Below are positions 55,219-63,873 of a stretch of DNA of 64,000 bases, in pieces (the first letter of the stretch is position 1; every line of letters begins with the position of its first letter). Below the pieces are notes generated by a model, which did not search any database, was not told the DNA's origin, and saw nothing but the letters and a program-made list of their open reading frames with translations. This stretch comes from an uncultured Gammaproteobacteria bacterium (GTDB taxonomy: Bacteria > Patescibacteriota > Microgenomatia > UBA10105 > UBA927), in assembly GCA_964445435.1 (NCBI GenBank), contig CAYUKU010000001.1, positions 118,942 through 182,941 of the forward strand. The letters are read 5' to 3'. Made by a program: the position numbers and the translations under genes.

Positions 55219-56631
55219 ATGGAACAACATCCGGTACCACAAAACGTCACCACATTTCAGTTTCGACTGATCGGCGACATGACCATTAAACAGTTCGGCT
55301 ATCTGGCCGGAGGAGCAATCTTGGCGTATATCTGCTATAAGCTCCCGCTGCCGTTTTTCTTCACCTGGCCCATGGCAACGATAGCAGCTCTCGCAGGTGT
55401 TGGATTTGCGTTCGTTCCGGTCGAGGAACGCCCAATGGACATCTGGGTCATGTCGTTCATAAAAAACGTCTACAACCCGACGCAATTTGTGTGGGAAAAA
55501 ACAGCCGAACCTCCAAAGCCCGCCCCCGCGGCTCCCCCAGCACCTCGACCTGTTGTTGCGCCGCATCCAAAACCAACCATGGGAACACCCGCACCCTCTG
55601 CGGTTTCCCACGCACAGCCTCAAGCTCCAGCCGCGCAAACAGGGCGCCAAGTCTCAGACGTCGTGGCGGGGATATTTACACAGCCAAAACCGACCCAGCC
55701 AATGCCAGCGCCCGTCGGGCAGACCGTGCCGACCCCTGCATATCATCCAAGCCAAACGGCAGGGAAAAAAGTTGGCCCCTTTGACTGGCTAGTCCGGCTA
55801 TTTGCACCAGCTGCGCGGCCCGCGACGAGCCCGCAACACGTGGTGCCCTATCAAAGCGCACCAACGTCGTTATCGGCTGCACCCTCAATTTCTGCTCCCT
55901 CGGTAACGGGCCGACATCTGGATCTCACGCCGCCGCCAAAAGTCGTTCCTACGGAAACGCAAATGGCAACGGTCCAAAAAAAGGAAACTGAGTTGGAAAC
56001 GAAACTTCAGGAACTGAAGGTAGAATTGGAAACCAAAACACAAACACAGGCGCGGGTGCTGGAACTGCAAAAACAGCTGACCGATATGCTCTCTGAGCGA
56101 GATCGCATGAGAAAAGAGCTCGAAGCGCTTCGCGCCAAAGCGGCGCCTCCCCCTGCGCCAACCGCCGTCGTACCGCCGAAGCCGGCAGACACAAATACGG
56201 TTGTCTCGACACCCCCTCCGCAAACTGCCGCAGCGCCCCAACGACCACAGGGTCCGACGGTCAAAATAATTACGCCTCAGGAGGCGGTGAAAGCAGGGCT
56301 TCCGCGGCTCACCACATTTCCCAACGTTGTCACGGGCATCACGCGCGATTCGGACAACAACCTCCTCCCCGGCGTTCTTGTCACCGTCAAGGACCACGAC
56401 GGCGTGCCGGTGCGCGCCCTGAAAACAAACCGACTGGGACAATTTGCTGCTTCAACACCGCTGGGGAACGGGGTATATTTCGTGGAGATCGAAGACCCGC
56501 GAGGCCGCTACACATTTGACCGCGTGCAGATCACGCTCAATGGATCCATTGTGCCCGCTCTCGAAATCATCGCAAAAAGCCAAAAGGAAGTCGCCCGCGA
56601 AAGGCTCGCCAAGGAAATTTTCGGAAGCTAA
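55219..56631 (+). CDS. PrgI-like T4SS membrane protein with long Pro-rich linker, coiled coil and C-terminal beta-sandwich-like domain
   Basis: N-terminus FQFRLIGDMTIKQFGYLAGGAILAYICYKLPLP matches the PrgI-family motif and two-TM topology; then about 150 aa Pro/Ala-rich low complexity, a coiled coil (about 250-300) and a C-terminal about 110-aa domain. Confidence 0.55.
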   Translation: MEQHPVPQNVTTFQFRLIGDMTIKQFGYLAGGAILAYICYKLPLPFFFTWPMATIAALAGVGFAFVPVEERPMDIWVMSFIKNVYNPTQFVWEKTAEPPKPAPAAPPAPRPVVAPHPKPTMGTPAPSAVSHAQPQAPAAQTGRQVSDVVAGIFTQPKPTQPMPAPVGQTVPTPAYHPSQTAGKKVGPFDWLVRLFAPAARPATSPQHVVPYQSAPTSLSAAPSISAPSVTGRHLDLTPPPKVVPTETQMATVQKKETELETKLQELKVELETKTQTQARVLELQKQLTDMLSERDRMRKELEALRAKAAPPPAPTAVVPPKPADTNTVVSTPPPQTAAAPQRPQGPTVKIITPQEAVKAGLPRLTTFPNVVTGITRDSDNNLLPGVLVTVKDHDGVPVRALKTNRLGQFAASTPLGNGVYFVEIEDPRGRYTFDRVQITLNGSIVPALEIIAKSQKEVARERLAKEIFGS

Positions 56632-56632
56632 T

Positions 56633-57292
56633 ATGGTACAAAAAATTATTCCCATAAGATCGACAACCCAACTGTTCGTTGAAATTGAAACGATCGACCA
56701 CGACATAGTCGTATATCAGGATGGCTCGGCCAGCCTCGTCATCACCACAACAGCGGTTAACTTTGGCCTTCTGTCTGAGCGGGAACAGGACGCAATCATT
56801 ACCGCATACGCGGGACTTCTTAATTCGCTGTCCTTCCCCATTGAGATTCTTATACGCACGCAGCATAAAGACGTGACTGCATACCTGCGGCTTCTGGAAG
56901 AACAGGAACGCAAACAGAAAAACCCCAAGCTCCAAAAAAGTATCCATGACTACCGGCTGTTCGTGGCAGCAACTGTCAAGGAGAAGGATGTACTAGATAA
57001 GAAATTCTATATCATCATTCCGTTTTCGAACCTGGAGCTGGGAGCTTCCCCAACTGTATTGTTCGGCAGCAAGAAGAAAGGCCTGCCATATCCACTCTCA
57101 TATATTTTCGAACGCGCATTGACCGTCCTCAACCCGAAACGCGACCATATCCTACGACTTCTTAACCGCGTCGGACTTCAAGCAAGTCAATTGACAAACC
57201 AACAGCTGGTAAAGCTCTTTTTTACAACCTATAACGCGGGGGTTCCATTGCCCGATGACGAAACAGTAACCCACGCGCTTACCCGTACATGA
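56633..57292 (+). CDS. Hypothetical T4SS-associated protein (220 aa), possibly VirB4 N-terminal-domain-like
   Basis: Starts 1 nt after PrgI-like stop and ends 1 nt before VirB4 ATG; no ATPase motifs; ORF-track N-terminal extension (from 56444) overlaps the PrgI-like gene and is rejected. Confidence 0.45.
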   Translation: MVQKIIPIRSTTQLFVEIETIDHDIVVYQDGSASLVITTTAVNFGLLSEREQDAIITAYAGLLNSLSFPIEILIRTQHKDVTAYLRLLEEQERKQKNPKLQKSIHDYRLFVAATVKEKDVLDKKFYIIIPFSNLELGASPTVLFGSKKKGLPYPLSYIFERALTVLNPKRDHILRLLNRVGLQASQLTNQQLVKLFFTTYNAGVPLPDDETVTHALTRT

Positions 57293-57293
57293 T

Positions 57294-59216
57294 ATGAGCA
57301 TAAAAGCAGCACTCAGAAAAATCATTGACCCGATGCCGGAAGAGAAACCGGTCAATCAGACGGTACATACCGAAAACTTGACTGTGAAGGATATTATAGC
57401 CCCTCCCTCAATTGATGTAGACTTTGACCATCTGAAAATAGGCAATTACTACTACCGCACGCTCTTTGTGGCAGGGTACCCGCGGTTTGTAAGTGCCAAC
57501 TGGCTTGAGCCGCTTATCTCCTTCAACCATACGCTTGATATCGCCATGTATGTGTACCCAACCAGAAGTGAAGAGGTGTTGGAAAATCTGAAGCGTAAAG
57601 TGGGAGAAATGGAGGCGACCATCCAGTCCGACATGAAGCGCGGCAGAGTAATCGAACCGTCCATCCAGGTAGCCCTTGAAGACGCCCTTGCGCTTCAACA
57701 AGAGCTCGCCAAAGGAGCACAACGGTTCTTCCAGTTCGGACTCTATGTCACTATTCCCGCAAAAAGCCTGGACGACCTCAATAAGGCAACCAAGCAGGTC
57801 GAGGCAACGCTCGCCTCGCTTCTTATCGTCACCAAACGGGCAACGCTCCAGATGGAGGAGGGTCTCAAGACTACGCTTCCGATGGGCCAGGACCGTATCG
57901 TTATCACGCGAAACATGGACACCACGTCCCTGGCAACCACCTTCCCTTTCACGACAAGCGAGTTGACCGCAAACGAAGGAATCCTCTACGGGATCAACTC
58001 GCACAACGATAGCCTGGTGGTATTTGACCGGTTTACGCTCGAAAATGCCAACACCGTCGTCTTCGGAAAATCGGGCTCGGGAAAAAGCTACATGGTGAAA
58101 CTGGAAATCCTGCGAAGTCTCATGTTTGATACCGAAGTGATCGTCATCGACCCCGAGAACGAATACGAAACGCTTACGCGAGCGCTCGGCGGCGAGTATA
58201 TCCGGTTCCACTTCGGTACGAATACGAAAATCAACCCTTTCGACATCGCCCTTTTGCATCAAACCGGGTCGGGTCAGGGAGACAGCGAGCTGAATCAAAA
58301 AATACTTTCGCTTCATGGGTTTTTTCGTGTCGTTATGGGAAAACTGACACCCACGGAAGACGCGCTTCTTGATCGTGCGCTTATCCTTGCGTACAAACAA
58401 AAGGGCATAACGCCCGACCCCACCACACAAAGCAAAGAGCCTCCCCTGATGGAAGATCTTTATAAAACGCTCGTTGGCATGGAGGATTCGATTGCGCGGG
58501 GGCTTGCCGATCGCATTGAAAAATTCGTAAAAGGAAGCCTGGTTGGAATCTTCGATCAACAAACCAATGTGGCCATCAGAAACCAGCTCACCGTGTTCTC
58601 CATACGGGATCTCGAAGACGAACTTCGCCCGATTGCCATGTATCTTATCCTCGATTTCATCTGGACCAAGGTGCGCCGCGATACGAAACGCCGAATTCTC
58701 ATCGTTGACGAGGCGTGGTACATGATGAAATTCCCGGATTCCGGCGCCTTCCTCAACTCCATCGCCAAACGTGCACGCAAGTATTATCTTGGCCTTACGA
58801 CGATCACCCAGGACGTCGAAGACTTCCTTTCAGTCGAGCTTGGGAAAACAATCATCCAAAACAGCAGCTTGCAAATCCTCCTTAAGCAATCAACGGCGGC
58901 CATAGACCGCGTCGGAGAGGTGTTCTTCCTGTCTGAAGGGGAAAAACAACTTCTCCTGTCGGCAAACGTAGGGGAGGGGCTGTTTTTCGCAGGGCCCTCA
59001 CACGCCGCAATTCGCGTGATTGCCTCCCCACAGGAGCACGCCATTATAACAACCAAGCCGCAGGATTTGGCAGCACAGAGGGCCGCACAGAACGCACCCC
59101 GGTCTCCCGCGCCTTCCGGCACCATCGTGCCGGGCGCCGTCAAACCAACACCGCCAGCCTCTGGAACAACAAATAGACCCATCTTTACGGTAGAATCAGT
59201 AAACGGAGCGCAATAA
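57294..59216 (+). CDS. VirB4-family T4SS ATPase (Gram-positive TraE/PrgJ-like length)
   Basis: Walker A VVFGKSGSGKSYM, Walker B RILIVDEAWYMM, N-terminal YYRTLFVAGYPRFV...WLEPL block typical of VirB4/TraE; 640 aa. Confidence 0.8.
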   Translation: MSIKAALRKIIDPMPEEKPVNQTVHTENLTVKDIIAPPSIDVDFDHLKIGNYYYRTLFVAGYPRFVSANWLEPLISFNHTLDIAMYVYPTRSEEVLENLKRKVGEMEATIQSDMKRGRVIEPSIQVALEDALALQQELAKGAQRFFQFGLYVTIPAKSLDDLNKATKQVEATLASLLIVTKRATLQMEEGLKTTLPMGQDRIVITRNMDTTSLATTFPFTTSELTANEGILYGINSHNDSLVVFDRFTLENANTVVFGKSGSGKSYMVKLEILRSLMFDTEVIVIDPENEYETLTRALGGEYIRFHFGTNTKINPFDIALLHQTGSGQGDSELNQKILSLHGFFRVVMGKLTPTEDALLDRALILAYKQKGITPDPTTQSKEPPLMEDLYKTLVGMEDSIARGLADRIEKFVKGSLVGIFDQQTNVAIRNQLTVFSIRDLEDELRPIAMYLILDFIWTKVRRDTKRRILIVDEAWYMMKFPDSGAFLNSIAKRARKYYLGLTTITQDVEDFLSVELGKTIIQNSSLQILLKQSTAAIDRVGEVFFLSEGEKQLLLSANVGEGLFFAGPSHAAIRVIASPQEHAIITTKPQDLAAQRAAQNAPRSPAPSGTIVPGAVKPTPPASGTTNRPIFTVESVNGAQ

Positions 59217-59219
59217 TCC

Positions 59220-61535
59220 ATGGCCACACAACAACAGTCTCCCCTGCCGCTTTCGGACTTTCTTTCAGAGGTAGTCCGGGCAATTGACGATCACCAGGAA
59301 GTATCTCTTGCCGCCATACTTGCTCACGCGGAAGAATATCAGGAACTACGGGATTTCATGCTTAAGAATCCCGAATGGGTGGCAGGGGTTATGATCGAGG
59401 AGCCGAAGGATGGGCTTGCAAAAATTCGGGAACTTTTTTCCGACCCGAAAGAAATTCTTGCTCAAATCGCCCCCCGCGGCGCTGAGGGACTCTCCCAATT
59501 CGTCGAACCAGAAGCACGGTTTGCGCAGAGCCTTCCGATCGGAGAGGTAACGCCAGCACGGGAAAAAGCATGGGAAGACCTTATCACGCACGATCGGGCA
59601 CTTTTGGCAAAAAAGGTCGCCAAAACGAGAAAAACCACCCAGGAATTCTTTCATAAGATCCACACCATCCGCGCGTATGGCACCCCGGAGGCCGCAGAAG
59701 AAATGAAGAAAGTGGAGCATGAAGTACATCTCAAAAACTTCGAAGAAATACGTAAAGAGCTTATAGAAATCGCGCGAAAACGCGGCAACAAAGAGGATGT
59801 AAAAGAAGCGGAAGAAATTATCGAACGTTTCGTGCCGCAAATAACATCAGAGGACCTCACGGAACCAATTCGTCTGGCTACCGCCACCTCCAAAACAGTA
59901 CTTGAACACCCGGATGTGGAAAACACCGTTATCATCGCTGAATCCATCGAGCGCGGAGACGCCGCGCGTGATGCCGTACGACTTTCCCGTATCGCCACGG
60001 CCATTGAGCACCCGGTGCAAAACGTGCGCGAGATTCCTCTGAGGGCAGCGTTTGAAGACGTGGCGGGAACCGTACTTCCGAACACTCAAGACGTAGTAGA
60101 CCGGATCTTTTCCAATACGTGGCGCGCCACGACAACAGCCGAGTCCTTCGTCGGCAACATGACGCAGCGTCTCGGAGAAGAAGCGGTAAACAGTCCTGAA
60201 TTTAAAGGCCTTATAGAACGGGGAAACGCATATGCAAGACAACGGTCAGCGTCTGGTGGAAATGTGCTAAGCGGATTGTTTTCCATACCCAAGGAGCCGG
60301 ATCCGGATATGGAGGCCTACCTTGAGGCCGTCTATAAAAAAGTCGGCGGAGGGGAATTCGGCAGCAATGATTTCTTTGCGGGCAAAGCCTACGCCAATCA
60401 TCCGGATCATTTCCACTTCGAATTCGAATCACCCTTCAATATACTATTCCGATTCGGCGCAAGGGAAGAAGCGGCCACGGTTGCGCGCGGCACTGCCGGA
60501 GCAGTAACCCGGACCGGTCTGGGTGCATGGACAAAAGAGTCTATCAAAAAACTCGGAGCGAATTTTCTCGCTAAATTCGGAATACAGGCTGGCGGCAAAC
60601 TCGCGGCTGTTCTCAGCGGACCGGTTGGATGGGTTATTTTCGCCGTTACCATCGTATTGCCGTACGTATGGGACTGGGTAAAACGCGCCGGCGGCAAGAT
60701 CATGAGCGCAGTCGGCGGAGGCATCATCGGTGGCGTGAGAGCGGCAAGCGAAGGGTTTGCAGCGAGCTGGGCGGCGTTTCTGCAAACATACGCAAAATAC
60801 AAGGACCCGGTGCCAACCTGGGTTGTCATTGCTGCCATGGTAGCCTCCCCTGTTTTGATTGCACTTCCGATAACATCGCTTTTTCCTTCAACCGCAAGCC
60901 AAACACAAGTCAGAAGAGCAGCAGTGCTCTCGGTTGGGGGCGGCGGGGTTGTGCCCGTCCCCCAGGCGTGTGACCCGGCAACAGATCCCACGTGTGTGCC
61001 GCTATTCTGCGACCCGTCCAAACAAAGCTGTGAGTGGCCCACGCCGTGCGGGTGCATCACTCAGGGGCCCAATTCTGGGGGGTCACACTCGGGACTCAAT
61101 GCAATCGACATCGGAACAAACGGCGGCGCGTGCAGCCAATCGTATGATGGAAACCCGCCAAGTAGTCCTCCAGTATACGCCGCGTGTGCGGGAACGATCA
61201 CCCGCGCGTATTTCGGACTCGGAGACGGAGAAATTTGTAAAGACTTCCGAAGTGCGAAGTGCGGATACGGATATGGCAACAACGTATATCTCAATTGCAC
61301 CGACGGGAAAACACAATTTATCTATGGCCATCTCCTCAAACCCGGCCCCGGAATTTCACAGGGGGCATCCGTACAGCAAGGGCAAGTCCTCGGGTATGTT
61401 GATAACAACGGCAACTCTACCGGACCTCACCTTCATTTCGAATATCGCGGAGTAAACGGCGCCAGCGTACAGGATATTACAAAAATTCTCCCGCCCGAAT
61501 ACGCACTCGGGTATTGCTGGTCGGGAGGAAGATAA
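59220..61535 (+). CDS. T4SS-associated cell-wall hydrolase: large protein with two TM helices and C-terminal M23 (LytM-type) peptidase domain
   Basis: C-terminal HSGLNAIDIG (H-x-x-x-D) and GPHLHFEYR (HxH) M23 zinc-binding motifs; central TM helices; 771 aa; functional analog of VirB1/PrgK/TcpG-type hydrolases. Confidence 0.7.
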   Translation: MATQQQSPLPLSDFLSEVVRAIDDHQEVSLAAILAHAEEYQELRDFMLKNPEWVAGVMIEEPKDGLAKIRELFSDPKEILAQIAPRGAEGLSQFVEPEARFAQSLPIGEVTPAREKAWEDLITHDRALLAKKVAKTRKTTQEFFHKIHTIRAYGTPEAAEEMKKVEHEVHLKNFEEIRKELIEIARKRGNKEDVKEAEEIIERFVPQITSEDLTEPIRLATATSKTVLEHPDVENTVIIAESIERGDAARDAVRLSRIATAIEHPVQNVREIPLRAAFEDVAGTVLPNTQDVVDRIFSNTWRATTTAESFVGNMTQRLGEEAVNSPEFKGLIERGNAYARQRSASGGNVLSGLFSIPKEPDPDMEAYLEAVYKKVGGGEFGSNDFFAGKAYANHPDHFHFEFESPFNILFRFGAREEAATVARGTAGAVTRTGLGAWTKESIKKLGANFLAKFGIQAGGKLAAVLSGPVGWVIFAVTIVLPYVWDWVKRAGGKIMSAVGGGIIGGVRAASEGFAASWAAFLQTYAKYKDPVPTWVVIAAMVASPVLIALPITSLFPSTASQTQVRRAAVLSVGGGGVVPVPQACDPATDPTCVPLFCDPSKQSCEWPTPCGCITQGPNSGGSHSGLNAIDIGTNGGACSQSYDGNPPSSPPVYAACAGTITRAYFGLGDGEICKDFRSAKCGYGYGNNVYLNCTDGKTQFIYGHLLKPGPGISQGASVQQGQVLGYVDNNGNSTGPHLHFEYRGVNGASVQDITKILPPEYALGYCWSGGR

Positions 61536-61550
61536 GGCTATACTGATACT

Positions 61551-62564
61551 ATGCGACTGTCCACAAAAACGATAACGATCATTGGAATATTCGTCGTCAC
61601 GCTTTTGGTGGCTTTTTGGCTTGCAGCTCGACAAGAAAAACCGACTACAAAAACACCCTCTCCCTCCCCCAACACAGGGACAGCGCCCAGAGAAATTCCT
61701 GCGCTTATTTCCGGTCCTATCCAAAATAAGCAGCCGTCGGTCCGATTTGTCTTGTCATTCCCACCAATATCCGTCCCGGAAACGCTTCCTGTTTACTCAA
61801 CAAAGGAGCCAGACATGACCGCGTCGTGGACTACCATTGCCCAAAATCTCGGTTTCTCGGGGCCCGGCACGAGCCCGAAAGACCAGCCAACCATGCGCTG
61901 GTGGATAAATTCCGCCGGCACTCTAAAAGTATATTCATCTCCCCCCAGTGTCGCGTTTACCGCGCAACGGGATCTTGTCGGCCCTCCAACAGAGATTGAG
62001 GCCAATGGTGCCCTTTCAGCGTTTGTTTCCAAAACGGGCATTCTTGGCGGAGCAGTAAGCTTCGTCCCGACCCCGGTCCAATATGTGACAGTGGAAGGGT
62101 CAAGCTATCTTCCCGCTGCTGACAAAACGAAAGCGTCTATGGCAATCGCGTCGCTCGACTATCGAATCAACAACATGCCGCTGTATGCCGCATCAGGACT
62201 TCCGTATGAGGCTGTGGGACAGGTGCATGCGGGCGGAACGCTTCGCTCTGCCATGGTCCCTGCGCCGCCAATTATCCTGTCCTCCGCAGAAAAGCAAACC
62301 ATTGCTCTTTCTGCAGCCGCAACGCACTTATCAAACAACAGGGGAACCCTTGTCAGTATCCGCGCTTCGACGCCGGGAGAAACCTCGATAAGTGAAATCA
62401 ATTTCTCGACCGTACTTATCACGAAGGCGTCACTTGTATATCTTTATGTGAACAGGGCGGAACAAATCCTTCCGGTCTATCTTTTTGAGGGAAGCGTTAC
62501 AAGCGGAGAGGGAGACTCCCGCGGGGCCGTTGCCGCATTCTTCGTGCCTGCAACGTATAATTAA
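61551..62564 (+). CDS. Membrane-anchored extracytoplasmic protein, hypothetical (last gene of T4SS-like operon; VirB8-like topology)
   Basis: N-terminal TM IGIFVVTLLVAFWLAA, Pro/Thr/Ser-rich linker, about 270-aa soluble domain. Confidence 0.45.
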   Translation: MRLSTKTITIIGIFVVTLLVAFWLAARQEKPTTKTPSPSPNTGTAPREIPALISGPIQNKQPSVRFVLSFPPISVPETLPVYSTKEPDMTASWTTIAQNLGFSGPGTSPKDQPTMRWWINSAGTLKVYSSPPSVAFTAQRDLVGPPTEIEANGALSAFVSKTGILGGAVSFVPTPVQYVTVEGSSYLPAADKTKASMAIASLDYRINNMPLYAASGLPYEAVGQVHAGGTLRSAMVPAPPIILSSAEKQTIALSAAATHLSNNRGTLVSIRASTPGETSISEINFSTVLITKASLVYLYVNRAEQILPVYLFEGSVTSGEGDSRGAVAAFFVPATYN

Positions 62565-62568
62565 AGCG

Positions 62569-63672
62569 CTAGTTCTGCACCCGAACCGGCATGATGATAT
62601 GAAGGTAAGAATCGTCTTTTGCCGGGCGAAACACGCCCGGATTAAGTGATCCGGTCATTTCAAACAACACCTCGTCTGAGGGGAAATTTGAAAGACACTC
62701 GAGAAGAAAACGGCTATTTATCGCCATGTCTCCACCATCTCCGTCCACCTTCGCATCTACGGCGACCTCATTTTCTCCAATCTGCGGCGCATTTGCCGAA
62801 ACGGTAACCGTCTGGTTTTCTACATGAAGCTTTATGATGTTTGCATTGTCCCGCGCAAAAATTGCGGCTGACTTCACAGCACGGAATAGGGCGTCCCTTT
62901 CAAATAATATCCGCGTGTTCCACTTGGTGGGAATTATTTTTTCAAAGTTGGGATAATCCCCTTCTATGAGGCGCGCGTGAAGGTCCGTATCTCCGATAAC
63001 AAACACAAGCTGTCCGGCCGCAGGACTATTCATATAGATTTCTTTTACGTCTTTTTCTTCCTGGCTTATTTTCGTAACCTCAGCAAGCGCGCGAGCGGGA
63101 ACAAGAAGATCCAACGGTTCTTTTGTGGCAAGGTTGATTCTCTTTAAGGAAAGCCGGTATCCGTCTGTAGCCGCAAAAAGCGTTTCCCCGTCCCTTTGAA
63201 GAACCCGAACGCCCGTCAGAAGCGGGCGCCCCTCGTCTGTGGCAGCAGAAAATATCACTTGCGCCACCGCGGTTACGAATTCGTCTTTCGCAAGCTCCGA
63301 TCCTTTCTTCTCCGACACGGAAGCCTGGGGAAATTCGCTCTCCGGGACGCCTGGAATAATCGCCTTCACACCCTGGGTTTTCACCGTTAGGCTCCCCTCT
63401 TTCACCGCAAGACTCACGGGCGTCTGAGGAAGTGATGCGACAAGCTCAAGAAGAAGTCGGGAAGAAACACATATGCCGCCCTCTTTCTCCACTTTTGCGC
63501 CAAGCCAAACTGTTTCTGTAGTTTCAAGGTTTGTAACAGTTATGCGAAGTCTTCCCTCTTTGGCAGACAGAAGAATGTTTGAGAGGATGGGTAGTTGCGG
63601 CTTAGAAGAAACGATCCTCCCCGTTCTAATAAGTGCTCGCAGCAGGTTTTCTTGTAAAAGAGAAACAATCAT
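62569..63672 (-). CDS. dnaN: DNA polymerase III beta subunit (sliding clamp)
   Basis: 367 aa; three-domain clamp length; N-terminal LLRALIRTGRIVSSKPQLPILSNILL typical of DnaN; immediately downstream of dnaA. Confidence 0.9.
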   Translation of the reverse strand: MIVSLLQENLLRALIRTGRIVSSKPQLPILSNILLSAKEGRLRITVTNLETTETVWLGAKVEKEGGICVSSRLLLELVASLPQTPVSLAVKEGSLTVKTQGVKAIIPGVPESEFPQASVSEKKGSELAKDEFVTAVAQVIFSAATDEGRPLLTGVRVLQRDGETLFAATDGYRLSLKRINLATKEPLDLLVPARALAEVTKISQEEKDVKEIYMNSPAAGQLVFVIGDTDLHARLIEGDYPNFEKIIPTKWNTRILFERDALFRAVKSAAIFARDNANIIKLHVENQTVTVSANAPQIGENEVAVDAKVDGDGGDMAINSRFLLECLSNFPSDEVLFEMTGSLNPGVFRPAKDDSYLHIIMPVRVQN

Positions 63673-63873
63673 ACAAATCTGTTATGTGTTATTAGTAGTA
63701 ATAATAAGAAAGCGGTGTGGAAAAGTGTATGGTAATTTGCGCTGGCTGTCAACGGGTTGTTGTGACGCCTAGTTTTTGAATTTTTTGCAGGGACAAAAAG
63801 GTGTTGATTACCGGTGGATATCTGTGTGGATAAATTTGGAATTTTTGTGGAAAAGTGGAAAACCGAGAACGGG
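63673..63873. other. oriC: Putative chromosomal replication origin (oriC) segment: dnaA-dnaN intergenic region with DnaA boxes and AT-rich DUE-like stretch
   Basis: Perfect DnaA box TGTGGATAA (63825-63833, revcomp TTATCCACA), two TGTGGAAAA boxes (63716-63724, 63846-63854) and an adjacent AGTGGAAAA; AT-rich run TTATGTGTTATTAGTAGTAATAATAAGAAAG at 63675-63705. Confidence 0.55.

Noticed and set aside
56444-56632. N-terminal extension of ORF 56444..57292 overlapping the PrgI-like gene
   Set aside because: Would overlap 188 bp of the PrgI-like coding region in another frame; an ATG at 56633 directly after the PrgI-like stop gives a conventional coupled start.
57290-57292. Possible UGA recoding (as in some CPR lineages) to read through into VirB4
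   Set aside because: TGA is used as the stop for many well-supported genes here and the downstream gene is in a different frame; continuing in frame hits another TGA within 12 codons.
57408-58562. 384-aa minus-strand ORF
   Set aside because: Antisense shadow inside the VirB4 ATPase gene (Walker A/B motifs are on the plus strand).
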